Origin: an uncultured Gammaproteobacteria bacterium
Lineage (GTDB): Bacteria; Pseudomonadota; Gammaproteobacteria; Steroidobacterales; Steroidobacteraceae
Assembly (NCBI GenBank): GCA_963695315.1
Contig: OY968773.1
Location: 3,924,963-3,988,962 of the forward strand
DNA length: 64,000 nucleotides
Reading direction: 5' to 3'
Shown: piece after piece, positions 1 through 10,244 of the stretch
Numbering within the stretch: position 1 is the first letter of the stretch
Layout of the letters: the number at the start of each line of letters is the position of its first letter
Notes under the pieces: model-generated
The model's input: the letters and a program-made list of their open reading frames with translations, nothing else
What the model was told of the DNA's origin: nothing
The model's database searches: none
Program-made: the position numbers and the translations under genes

Positions 1-579
1 ACGTCATCGCGCGCTGACATCCTGTCTCAAGCTCCTCATCGCCGCCGGAGACCTCGAGCTTCTCAAGGTCGATGCCGTCCTCTTCGGTGAAGGTCGGTCA
101 TCTGCGCTTCGGCCTGCTCGATCGCCTTGTCGACTGCCTTCTGCAGCTTGTCGTCCTCGACGACGACGGCCTCGACGCCGAGCCCGGTCTGAAACTTGAT
201 CTCATCGATGGCATGCAGGTTGGTCGGATCGGCGACGGCGAGGAACATGCGCTTGCCGCGCTTGAAGAGCGGCAGCACGCGGTGCTTGGCGAGCAGCTTG
301 TCGCTGACCAGGCGCACCGTCTCGAGATCGACGTTGAGCGCGTCCAGATCGAACAGCGGCACGCCGAATTCATTCGAGGCGGCGATGGCGATGTCGCGCG
401 CCTTGGCGGCGCCGCTCGCGACCAGCTGCGTGACGACGCTCGATCTTGCGCTCGCGCGCGGCTGCAGCGCCTCGCAGCATGGCGCCTCCTCCACCACGCC
501 ATCCTGGACCAGGCGCTGCGGCAGGCCGCCCAGCCCGGAGCGCGAGCCGCCCGAGCGCTAAAGAAGCGTTATCATTCAT
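1..579 (-). pseudogene. pilB: Type IV pilus assembly ATPase PilB, N-terminal part. It continues past the left edge and its frame is broken at least 4 times as assembled.
   Basis: ATG at 579..577 gives MNDNASLAL. ORF 63..497 carries the GspE/PilB N-domain sequence NEFGVPLFDLDALNVDLETVRLVSDKLLAKHRVLPLFKRGKRMFLAVADPTNLHAIDEIKFQTGLGVEAVVVEDDKLQKAV. A sensible protein must be pieced together from all three minus frames. The gene lies directly downstream of pilA. Confidence 0.75.
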
Positions 580-702
580 GGACTTACGGTTAGCGACCTG
601 CGCGATGCGAAGACCCCAGTCTACCGGATGCGATGACCCGAGGCAATTGTCAAATCCGCAACATGGTCGCACAACAGGCGCCGGGCTCTGCGTGACTGGT
701 TT

Positions 703-738
703 CCCAAAAGAAGAAGCCCCTCCCAAAGGAGGGGCTTC
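703..738 (-). terminator. Intrinsic terminator after pilA
   Basis: Perfect 11-bp stem GAAGCCCCTCC (713..723) / GGAGGGGCTTC (728..738) with a 4-nt loop. On the minus strand it is followed by TTCTTTTGGG. It lies about 30 nt past the pilA stop. Confidence 0.8.
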
Positions 739-767
739 TGCTATCGACTGGGCAGGTGCCCGGATGC

Positions 768-1262
768 TTACGAGTGACAGTCAGAGGGCAGATACTGGGC
801 TAACAGCGTCGTACCGGCATTCGCAGCGTTCAGCGTCACGCCCACCGGCACGGCCGCCTTGCCGCACACCCACACGACGTCACTGTTCGTGTCAGTGCCC
901 GGCTGAATGATCAGCAGGTTGCCCGCGATCTTCTGGTTCACCTGTGAGCCGCTGTAGGTGATCTGGATGTTGCCACCCGCCACCACTGTGACCGCGCTCA
1001 CATACTTACCAGTTGATGCACCGGGCATCGGGATGGTCGTGGCGCTACCCGCAGCGGTTACACCGGTGGGGAACGTGCCGTTGTTCTGGTAGAACTCGGC
1101 AATGGCCGTCTTGTAGTTATCCGCCAGCGACAGACCTTCCGTCACCTGGGCGCGGATGGTGTAGTTCTGGTACGCCGGAATGGCGATCGCCGCCAAGATG
1201 CCGATGATCGCGATCACGATCATCAACTCAATCAGCGTAAAACCTTTTTGAAACGACTTCAT
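768..1262 (-). CDS. pilA: Type IVa major pilin
   Basis: Leader MKSFQKG is followed by [27 protein letters not shown], the prepilin peptidase site and N-terminal helix. There is a C-terminal Cys pair (CGKAAV...PSDC). AGGAG lies about 7 nt upstream of ATG 1262. The track ORF begins at an in-frame GTG at 1268. Confidence 0.92.
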   Translation of the reverse strand: MKSFQKGFTLIELMIVIAIIGILAAIAIPAYQNYTIRAQVTEGLSLADNYKTAIAEFYQNNGTFPTGVTAAGSATTIPMPGASTGKYVSAVTVVAGGNIQITYSGSQVNQKIAGNLLIIQPGTDTNSDVVWVCGKAAVPVGVTLNAANAGTTLLAQYLPSDCHS

Positions 1263-1330
1263 GGACACTCCTAGGCTTAATTGAGAAACTGTGGCTCAAA
1301 ATGATCGGGCCGATGCCCCGCGGCTAGTAG

Positions 1331-1346
1331 TGCATCCGGCATGCCA
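1331..1346 (-). promoter_or_regulatory. Sigma-54 (-24/-12) promoter of pilA
   Basis: Read on the minus strand, 1346..1331 is TGGCATGCCGGATGCA. This matches TGGCACG-N4-TTGCW with GG and GC in the canonical register. It lies about 70 nt upstream of the pilA ATG. The sigma-54 activator gene pilR is the next gene upstream. Confidence 0.75.
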
Positions 1347-1421
1347 GCGCCGCCTGGCGCATTCAACATGTTGATAGTATTGCACTTTAAGCGCGTGCTG
1401 CCGCGTGCGTGCATCACACAA

Positions 1422-1471
1422 TGACGAAGCCCCAGCTGACGTGCGCGTCAGAAAGTGACGCAAAGCGTCAC
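1422..1471. promoter_or_regulatory. Cluster of five TGACG/CGTCA half-sites forming two dyads. Candidate PilR enhancer site, or alternatively pilR 3' hairpins.
   Basis: TGACG occurs at 1422, 1437 and 1456; CGTCA occurs at 1446 and 1466. The dyads are CTGACG-TGCG-CGTCAG (1436..1451) and GTGACGC-AAA-GCGTCAC (1455..1471). They lie 80-130 bp upstream of the sigma-54 promoter. No U-tract follows on the minus strand. Confidence 0.4.
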
Positions 1472-1480
1472 CTTGAGCGT

Positions 1481-2834
1481 CTATTCGATGCCGAGCTTCT
1501 TGACCCGGTAGCGCAGCGCCCGGAAGCTCATGCCGAGCAGCTTCGCGGCGGCGGTCTTGTTGTAGCGGGTTTTCTCGAGCGCCTTGACGATGGCGTCGCG
1601 CTCGATGTCCTCGAGCTGCGCGCCGAGCGCACCGCCGGCGGGGGCTTGCGACTCGGCACTGTCGGCGCCCGCGCGTGCATCGCTGCGCACGCGCAGGTGC
1701 TCGGCGCTGATGACATCGCCCGTGCACAGCGTCAGGGCGCGCTCGAGAATGTTCTCCAGCTCGCGCACATTGCCGGGGAAGGCGTAGCTCTGCAGCGCCT
1801 CGAGCGCCGCTGCGGTCGAGCTGCGGCGCCTCGGTGCCCATGCGGCGCGAGAGCCGCCGCAGGATCATCTCCGCAAGGTCCGGAATGTCCTCGCTCCTCT
1901 CGCGCAGCGGCGGCACGCGCATCTCGATCACGTTGATGCGGTAGAAGAGATCCTCGCGAAAGCGCCCCTCGGCGACGAGCTCGGCGAGATTCTTGTGGGT
2001 GGCGGAGAGGATGCGCACGTCGATCGGCGCTTCGCGCGCCTCGCCGATCGGCGCGCACGGTTTCTCCTGCACCACCCGCAGCAGCTTCACCTGCATGTGC
2101 AGCGGCAGGTCGGCGATCTCATCGAGGAACAGCGTGCCGCCTTCGGCGCTCTGGATGAGGCCTTCTTGTCGGCGACGGCGCCGGTGAAGCTGCCGCGCTT
2201 GTGGCCGAAGAGCTCGCTCTCCATGAGCTCGGTGGGAATCGCGCCGCAGTTGACGGGCACGAAGCGTCCCTCGCGCCGCGCGCCGCTCTCGTGGATCAGC
2301 TGCGCGACCAGCTCCTTGCCGGTGCCCGACTCGCCGCAGATGTGCACCGGCGCCTGGCTGCGCGCGACGCGCGCGATCATCTCGCGCAGCTGCCTGCATC
2401 GACCTTCGAGCGCCCGATGAGGCGCGGGCCCTGCATGGTGAGCGTGCGTCGCGCCGTCGGCGCCGGCCCGCAGCTTCAAGGCGCTGCCGACGAGCTTGCG
2501 CAGCACGCCGAGGTCGAGGGGCTTGGAGACGAAATCGAATGCGCCGAGCTTCAGCGCCCGCACCGCCGACTCGACGTTGCCGTGCGCGGTGATGACGGCC
2601 ACCGGCACCGACGGATGGTGCTCCTGGATCCAGGCGACGAGATCAAGCCCGTTGCCATCGGGCAGGCGCATGTCGGTCAGGCACAGATCAAAGCTCTCCG
2701 CGGCGAGCAGCGCTCGTGCGCCGGCAAGATCGCGCGCGGTTTGGGTTGCCAGCTGCATGCGGCCCGAGGGTGAGGCTCACAAGCTCGAGCAGATCCGGCT
2801 CGTCATCGACGATCAGCACGAGGGGCTTGCTCAT
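1481..2834 (-). pseudogene. pilR: Sigma-54-dependent response regulator PilR (NtrC family), frame broken at least 3 times
   Basis: Receiver domain: MSKPLVLIVDDEPDLLELV then [20 protein letters not shown]+ domain: [52 protein letters not shown]-terminal Fis-type HTH: NKTAAAKLLGMSFRALRYRVKKLGIE. The pieces lie in different minus frames (ORFs 2688..3329, 2087..2758, 1296..2399, 1481..1768). Confidence 0.85.
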
Positions 2835-4453
2835 GTGACGCCAGCGCTGCGGATCGGCGAATATCAGGCGAAAGATGCTGCCGCCGCCGCTGCGCGGCTC
2901 GTACAGCAGAGTTGCGCCGTTGGTCTGCGCAAGCTCGCGCGCGAGGAACAGCCCGAGCCCCGTGCCCCGCTCGCCGCGGGTGAAGAACGGCTCGAAGATG
3001 CGCTCGACGTGCTCAGCCGGCACGCCCGGGCCGCGATCGGCGATCTCCAGGTACGGGCGCGCGCCGCCGCACCAGGCGCCCATAGCGCAGCTCGATCGGC
3101 ACGCTCGCAGCGGTGTGCCGCAGCACGTTGTCGCACAGATTCCATACCACCTGATGCAGCTGGCTCGAGTCCACGCGGACCTCGATCTTCGGGTCGCTGG
3201 CGCTGATCGTAAGGCGTTCGCTCGGGCATTGCATCGTGGCGCAGAACTCGCTGCGGAAATCCTCGATCCATTCGGCAAGCAAGAGCCGCTCAAGATGCGT
3301 TGCCTCGCGCCGCGACAGGCGCAGCACATTGTTGATGATGTCGCTGACGCGCGCGGCGTTGGAGGTGATGATCTCGGTCAGGCGCCGATCCTCGGCGCCG
3401 AGATTGGCGGATTCGGCGAGCAGCTGCCCCGCATGGCTCATGGCGCCGACGGGATTGCGGATCTCGTGCGCGATGCTGGCGCGAGAGCCGCCCGAGCGCG
3501 GCAAGCTTGGACTGCTGGACTTTCTCCGCGAGCAGGCTCGTGTCCTCGAGGAACACCAGGATCGGCGCGGGCTCGGAGTCGCCGAGCGGCGCAAAATGCG
3601 GCCGGATGACGCGCGCGCCGTCGGCGGCGGTGAAGATCGGCTCGGCGCTGTCGGCATCGATGCCCTTCTGGCGCCAGTTCTCAAGCAGATACAGCAGGCG
3701 CGGCGAGGCCTCGCCGAGGAGCGCGCCCGGGTAGGCGCTGCGATCACCGAGCATCTGCGCGGCCGACTCGTTGATGAGCCGCACGCGATCCTGCGTGTCC
3801 ACCACGAGGATGCTCTCGCGCAGGTGCTGCACGATGTACTGCGAGAGCTGCGCAAGGTTTGCAAGATCGATCTCCTGGCGCAGCACCAGCGCCTCGCTCT
3901 CGCGCAGCCGATTGGCGATCGGCCAGGCGGAGAGCGCGATGCCGAACAGCACCACGCCGATGACGCCGGCGGTGATGAAGTCGCTCGGCGAGCGCGGTGC
4001 CGGCGACGTAGACGAACATCTGCTGCAGCAGGATGCCGAGCGCCGCCATGGCGGCGATGAGAAACGCGTCGCGATGCTCGGCGAGCACCGCCATCGCACC
4101 GACCGGCAGCACCAGGAGGATGCCAAGGCCGCTCGCAACCCCGCCGCTGGCATACAGAATGAAGCGAGATGCCGGCGGCATCGACGCCGCTGTTGAGGAG
4201 GGCGACGCGCCGCAGGCTCGGCCAGGAGAGCCGCCGCGCGACGATGAGGAGCACGCCCGCCGAGAAGTACGCGATGCAGGCGGAGAGGAACGGCCCGGGG
4301 CGGGCCGCTGAAGAGGGAGGCCTCCTGCCCGGAGAGCCACTGCATGCTGAGCAGCACCGGCGGCAGGAGCAGCCGGTAGAGATTGACGAGGCCGATGACT
4401 CGCCAGGCGAGATCGCGCCGCGGAAGAGGGGCTGACGCGGATTCGGCCGGCAC
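2831..4453 (-). pseudogene. pilS: Sensor histidine kinase PilS, multiply frame-broken; start and stop are approximate
   Basis: Multi-TM N-terminal region: LVNLYRLLLPPVLLS, GILLVLPVGAMAVLAEH. PAS-like segment: VLRQEIDLANLAQLSQYIVQHLRESILVVD. H-box: SIAHEIRNPVGAMSHAGQLL. ATPase G-boxes: DRGPGVPAEHVERIFEPFFT, GTGLGLFLAREL. These are spread over three minus frames. A possible GTG start lies at 4453. The C-terminus reads into the pilR ATG at an ATGA junction. Confidence 0.75.
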
Positions 4454-4578
4454 TGGGGCGAGAGGGAGCCTTGGGCTACCTGAGGAGGGGCGCGACTTTA
4501 GCACCTTCGCGCGCTGGCGAGAGCGCGGCGATTTCGCGAAAATACCGCCCCTTCGCCTTTGCCGAGGCGACTTCCCGA

Positions 4579-5756
4579 ATGCACCTGCACGAGTATCAGG
4601 CAAAGGATCTATTGCGCCGCTATGGCGTCGCGGTGCCCCAGGGTGGCGCGGCGGCGAGCGCCCAGGAGGCGGTGTCGGTGGCGCAGACCCTCGGCGGCTC
4701 GCTCTGGGTGGTGAAGGCGCAGGTGCATGCGGGCGGCCGCGGCAAGGCGGGCGGCGTGCAGCTGGTGCGCAATCTCGCCGCGCTGCGCGGCGCCGCCGAG
4801 CGCATGCTCGGCCATCACCTCGTGACCGCGCAGACCGGCAGCGAGGGCCTGCCGGTCGAGCGCGTGTACGTCGAGTCGGGCTCCGACTATCGAGCGCGAG
4901 CTCTATGTTTCGCTGACGCTCAATCGCGAGCGCGGTCGCATCGCCGTCATCGCCTCCGCCGCCGGCGGCATGGACATCGAAGAGGTGGCCCGCGACACGC
5001 CCGAGAAGATCTTCGCGCTCAGCGTGCATCCGGCCGCGGGCCTGCAGCCCTATCAGTGCCGCGACCTTGCCTTTGCGCTCGGCCTTGCGGACCAGGCGGT
5101 GCGCGATCTGCAGGCACTGCTGATCGCGCTCTACCGTCTCTATCATGGAATGCGATGCGAGCCTCATTGAGATCAATCCGCTCATCGTCACGAAGAGCGG
5201 CGAGCTCCTCGCGCTCGATGCCAAGCTCGACATCGATGCCAACGCGCTCTTCCGTCAGCCGCGAGCTTGCCGCGCTGCGCGATCCCGAGCAGGAGGATCC
5301 GCTCGAGCGGCGCGCAAGCGCGCACGAGCTCAACTACGTCTCGCTCGATGGCGACATCGCCTGCATGGTGAACGGTGCGGGTCTTGCCATGGCGACGATG
5401 GATCTCATCCAGCTGCACGGCGGCAAGCCTGCAAATTTTCTCGACGTCGGCGGCGGCGCAACTGCGGCGCGCGTCAAGGTCGCCTTCGAAATCATTCTCT
5501 CCAATCCCAAGGTGCGTGCGGTGCTCATCAATATCTTCGGCGGCATCGTGCGCTGCGACATCATCGCCGAGGGCGTCGTGCAGGCGGTGAAGGCCGTGGG
5601 CGTGAAGCTGCCGGTGGTCGTGCGCCTCGAGGGCACGAACGCGGCGCAGGCGCGCAAGCTCCTGGCGGCGAGCGCGCTGGCGATCACGCCGGCGGAGGAC
5701 CTGACGGATGCGGCGCAAGAAAGTGATCGCGCTCGCGCAGCCAGGTGCGCGCATGA
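4579..5756 (+). pseudogene. sucC: Succinyl-CoA synthetase beta subunit, frame broken at least 4 times
   Basis: MHLHEYQAKDLLRRYGVAVP starts at ATG 4579. Later segments are [85 protein letters not shown] and [16 protein letters not shown], in three plus frames. The 3' end is assumed at the ATGA overlap with sucD. Confidence 0.85.
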
Positions 5757-6652
5757 GCATCCTCATCAATCGCAATACGCGCGTCATCTGCCAGGGCTTC
5801 ACCGGCAAGCAGGGCACGTTTCATTCCGAGCAGGCGCTCGCCTACGGCACCAAGCTCGTCGGCGGCGTGACGCCCGGCCGCGGCGGCACGACGCATCTCG
5901 GCCAGCCGGTGTTTGACACCGTGGCGCAGGCGGTGCAGCGCGACCGGCGCGACGGCGAGCATGATCTACGTGCCCGCCGCCTTCGCCGCCGATGCGATTC
6001 TCGAGGCTGCCGATGCGGGGCTCGAGCTCGTGGTGTGCATCACGGAGGGCGTGCCGGTCAACGACATGGTGCGTGTGAAGGCAACGCTGGCGCAGTCGGC
6101 GACGCGGCTCGTCGGCCCCAATTGTCCCGGCGTCATCACGCCCGGGGAATGCAAGCTTGGCATCATGCCGGGCTTCATCCATAAGAAGGGCACGGTGGGC
6201 ATCGTGTCGCGCTCCGGCACGCTCACCTACGAGGCGGTGTTTCAGACCACCCATGCGGGCCTCGGCCAGAGCACCTGCGTCGGCATCGGCGGCGATCCGG
6301 TGCGCGGCATGAATTTCATTGACGTGCTCGAGCTCTTCGAGCGCGATCCCGGCACGCGCGGCATCATCCTGGTGGGCGAGATCGGCGGCAGCGACGAGGA
6401 GGCGGCCGCGGCCTACATCCGCCGCTTCGTGAGCAAGCCGATCGTGGCCTACATCGCCGGCGTCACCGCGCCACCCGGCAAGCGCATGGGCCATGCCGGC
6501 GCCATCGTTGCGGGCGGCAAGGGCACGGCGGCGGAGAAGTACCAGGCATTGGAGGCGGCGGGCGTCACGCACGGTGCGCTCGCCGGCGCTCATGGGCGTG
6601 ACGATGCGCGCGCTGCTGGAAAAAGGCGCGCGCGAGCGCGCGCCGCCGGTGA
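5753..6652 (+). pseudogene. sucD: Succinyl-CoA synthetase alpha subunit, at least 2 frame breaks; 3' end uncertain (6652 or 6753)
   Basis: Recognisable segments: [45 protein letters not shown], then [81 protein letters not shown], and the tail [17 protein letters not shown]. Confidence 0.8.
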
Positions 6653-6749
6653 GGCCGCAAGACCGCGCGCGCGCGCCGCGCCAAACGCGCTGCGACCCGC
6701 AAGCAGCCGCGCGCCAGGAAGAGCGCGCCCCGCAGGCATCGCTAGCGCC

Positions 6750-8382
6750 GTGAAGAACACCTTGAGGGTGGCTCTTGCGCAGATCGACCTCCTGGTCGGC
6801 GACGTGCAGGCGAATACCACCCGCATCATCAGCTGCGCGCGCCGCGCGCGGCAGGAGCTCGACGCCGACCTCGTCGTGTTTCCCGGAGCTCACGCTCTCC
6901 GGCTACCCGCCCGAGGATCTGCTCTTTCACCGCGGCTTTCGCCGCCAGATCGAGACCGGCCTTGAGCGGCTGCGCGCCGAGCTCGCCGGCGTCGATGTGA
7001 TCGTCGGCTATCCCGAATACAGCGGCCTTGACATCTACAACTCCGCGGCGCTTGATCGCCGGCGGCGCGATCACCGCCAATCATCGCAAGACCGAGCTGC
7101 CGAACTACAAGGTATTCGACGAGAAGCGCTACTTTCTTGCGGGCACGCAGCCGACGGTCGTCGACTACCACGGCTTTCGCCTCGGGCTGCTCGTGTGCGA
7201 GGACATCTGGGCGCCCGAGGCTGCGCAGATTGCGCGCTCGGCCGGCGCCGCGCTCCTCATCGTCATCAACGCCTCGCCGTATGAGATTCACAAGCAGCGC
7301 GAGCGCGAAGCCGTGGTGCGCGCGCGCCTCCTCGATGTCGGCCTGCCGGTCGTGTACGTGAATCGCGTCGGCGGGCAGGATGAGCTGGTGTTTGACGGCA
7401 ACTCATTCGTCATGGATGCGATGGGGGAACTCATCGCGCGCGCGCCCGCGTTTGAAGAGGCCACGCATGGTCGTGGAATTCGTGCGCAGCGCCGCCGCGC
7501 GCGTGACCCCGCTGCCGGGCCCGATCGCCGCGGAGCTCTCCGATGCGCGAAAGCGTGTATCGCGCGCTCGTCATGGGCGTGCGCGACTACGTGCGCAAGC
7601 ACGCCTTTCCCGGCGTCGTCATGGGACTCTCGGGCGGAATCGACTCGGCGCTGACGCTCGCGATCGCCGTGGATGCGCTCGGCGCCGAGCGCGTGCATGC
7701 CGTCATGATGCCCTCGCGCTATACCTCCACGATGAGCCTGGAGGATGCCGCCGAGCAGGCGCGCACGCTCGGCGTCGAGTACAGCACGATATCGATCGAG
7801 GGCATGTTTGAGGCGACGCTGCACGCGCTGCGCGCCGAGTTTGCCGACACGCGGCCTGATTCGACCGAGGAGAACATCCAGTCACGCTGCCGCATGCTGA
7901 TCCTCATGGGCATCTCCAACAAGACCGGCAGGATGCTCTTGACGACGGGCAACAAGAGCGAGATGGCCGTGGGCTATGCCACGCTCTACGGCGACATGGC
8001 GGGCGGCTTTGCACCCATCAAGGATTGCAGCAAGCTGCTCGTGTACCGCCTCGCGGCCTACCGCAACTCGCTAAGCCCCATCATCCCGCAGCGCGTGCTC
8101 GACCGGCCGCCCTCCGCGGAGCTGCGCCCGGAGCAGAAGGATTCCGATGCGCTGCCGCCCTATGAGGTGCTCGATCCCATTCTCGAGGCCTTTATCGAGG
8201 AGGACCTGTCGGTCGATGAGATCGAGGCGCGCGGTTTTGATCGCGCCACCGTCAAACGCGTACTCGATCTGGTCGCGCGCAACGAGTACAAACGCCGCCA
8301 GGCGCCCCCGGGAGTGCGCGTCAGCCGTCGCGCGTTCGGGCGCGACTGGCGCTATCCGATCACCAACGGCTACTGGCGCTAG
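6750..8382 (+). pseudogene. nadE: Glutamine-dependent NAD+ synthetase (CN-hydrolase plus NAD synthase domains), at least 4 frame breaks
   Basis: CN-hydrolase domain: [61 protein letters not shown]. Synthetase domain: VMGLSGGIDSALT, NKSEMAVGYATLYGDMAGGFAPIKD, RRQAPPGVRVS. These are spread over ORFs 5913..6965, 6775..7284, 7028..7654, 7380..7811 and 7543..8382. GTG 6750 is the assumed start. Confidence 0.85.
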
Positions 8383-8405
8383 ATCCGTGGCTCTGGGCGA
8401 GAAGA

Positions 8406-9209
8406 TCACCAGAAGTGCCACCACGACTTCTTCTGGCCTTCCGCCGGCGGCGGCTTCCAGTTCGGAAAATTGAGCGCGTAGGTCTGGCGTGCCTGCTCGG
8501 CGAGCGGCTGCAGGCTGATGCGGTCGTTCGCATCGATGAGGATCTGCAGTGCGTTGCGCACCGCAGGCGCACCGTCGTACTGCTCGATCGTCTCGCGCGC
8601 GCGCTGCGCGGCGCCGACATACGCGCCGCGGCGCATGTAGTAGCCGGCCACATGCACTTCATAATCGGCGAGGCGATTGCGCAGGAACACCATGCGCTGC
8701 CGTGCGTCGTAGGCGTAGATGCTCTTCGGGTACTGCTCGACCACCGTGCGGAAGGCGTCAAATGACTTGCGCGCGTTGGTGGGTGAGCGCTGCGTGAGAT
8801 CGGCGTGGAAGAGTCTTTCCAGCACGTTCGGCGGATGCTCGAAATCGATGAGACCCTTCACGTACCATGCGTAGTCGACCCGCGGGTGGGTGGGATTCTC
8901 GCGGATGAACTGGTCGGCGGCGTCGAGCGCGGACTCGCGCTCCCCCTCCTTGTAGTACACGTAAATAAGATCGAGGCGGCTCTGGCGCGCCTGATCGGTG
9001 AATGGGAAACGCGCGGTCAGCCCCTCATAGGTCCTGATGGCGCTCTTGAAATCGTAGGAGATCATCTGCTTATGCGCGATCTTGTAGAGCGCGTCCGGAG
9101 ATGCCTTCGCGAGCTTGTCCTCGCGATGGCGGTGCAGCAGGCTACAGCTGCAGAGCAGGGCGAGCGCCACGCACAGCCAGGCGCGAAAGGTCACGGCAGA
9201 TGAGCTCAA
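8406..9209 (-). CDS. bamD: Outer membrane protein assembly factor BamD (YfiO/ComL family lipoprotein)
   Basis: Signal/lipobox-like N-terminus AWLCVALALLCSCS. TPR-like body: ALYKIAHKQMISYDFKSAIRTYEGLTARFPFTDQARQSRLDLIYVYYK, YAYDARQRMVFLRNRLADYEVHVAGYYMRRGAYVGA. Divergent from rluD as in many proteobacteria. TTG 9209 is the assumed start. Confidence 0.85.
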   Translation of the reverse strand: MSSSAVTFRAWLCVALALLCSCSLLHRHREDKLAKASPDALYKIAHKQMISYDFKSAIRTYEGLTARFPFTDQARQSRLDLIYVYYKEGERESALDAADQFIRENPTHPRVDYAWYVKGLIDFEHPPNVLERLFHADLTQRSPTNARKSFDAFRTVVEQYPKSIYAYDARQRMVFLRNRLADYEVHVAGYYMRRGAYVGAAQRARETIEQYDGAPAVRNALQILIDANDRISLQPLAEQARQTYALNFPNWKPPPAEGQKKSWWHFW

Positions 9210-9325
9210 AAAGGGCCCTTCATTGAATTCGAGGTCGGGTGCACGCAAGCGCCGAAGTATAGCGAATCCCCCGGCCCGGGCTGGGACCGCCGCCACCGGG
9301 GAGGAGTTCCGCACGCCATAACCTC

Positions 9326-10244
9326 GTGCTGCCGGAGGAGGCGGCAGGACTGCGACTCGATCAGGCCCTGGCACAGGCGCTGCCCCAGTACAGCCGCGCG
9401 CTCCTGCAGGCGTGGATCCGCGCGGGCGCCGTGAGCGTTGATGCACGGCTGCTGCGTCCGCGCGATCGGGTGCAGGGCGGCGAAGCGGTGCGCATCACGG
9501 CGCAGTTAAGCGTGCGCGGCACGGTCGATCCGGAGGCGATGCAGCTCGAGGTCCTGTGGTGCGATGCGCATCTCGCCATCATCAACAAGCCCGCGGGACT
9601 CGTGGTGCATCCGGGCGCGGGCAACGCGCGCCACACGCTGCAGAACGGTCTGCTCGCGTGGGATCCCGCGCTTGCGCGCGTGCCGCGCGCCGGCATCGTG
9701 CACCGCCTCGACAAGGACACGAGCGGGCTGCTGCTGGTTGCGCGCACGCGTCGAAGCACACGCGGCGCTCGTGGCGGCGCTCGCGGCGCGCACCATCCAC
9801 CGCGGCTACGTGGCGCTGTGCACCGGGGTGATGACGGGCGGCGGGACCATCGATCGGCCGATCGGCCGGCATCGCAGCGTGCGCACGCGCATGGCCGTGC
9901 GCGCCGACGGGCGCGCGGCGGTCACGCACTTTCGCATTCTGCGGCGCTATGCCGCGCACACGCTCATCGACGTGACGCTCGAGACCGGACGCACGCATCA
10001 GATCCGCGTGCACCTTGCGCACCTTGGCTACCCGCTCGTCGGCGATCCTCTCTACGGGGGTCGGCGCCGTCTGCCCGCGGGCGCAAGCGCGCCAGCGCGG
10101 GCCGCGCTCGCGGGGTTCAAGCGCCAGGCGCTGCACGCCGCCCGCCTTGCCCTAGAGCATCCGCTCACCGCGGAGGAACTCGCGTTTGAGGCGGCGCTGC
10201 CGCGGGATTTCACCGCGCTGCTCGCGGCGCTCGACCCGCGATGA
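9326..10244 (+). pseudogene. rluD: 23S rRNA pseudouridine synthase RluD, one frame break near 9750
   Basis: S4-like N-terminus RLDQALAQALPQYSRALLQAWIRAGAVSV. Catalytic motif GIVHRLDKDTSGLLLVART. After the frame switch (ORF 9564..10244): TGRTHQIRVHLAHLGYPLVGDPLYG. Confidence 0.8.

Noticed and set aside
768-1262. The pilin ends in Ser (..DCHS), reminiscent of the C-terminal Ser that is O-glycosylated in group I Pseudomonas pilins.
   Set aside because: No tfpO/pilO-like glycosyltransferase gene follows pilA; pilB follows directly. The resemblance is a single residue.
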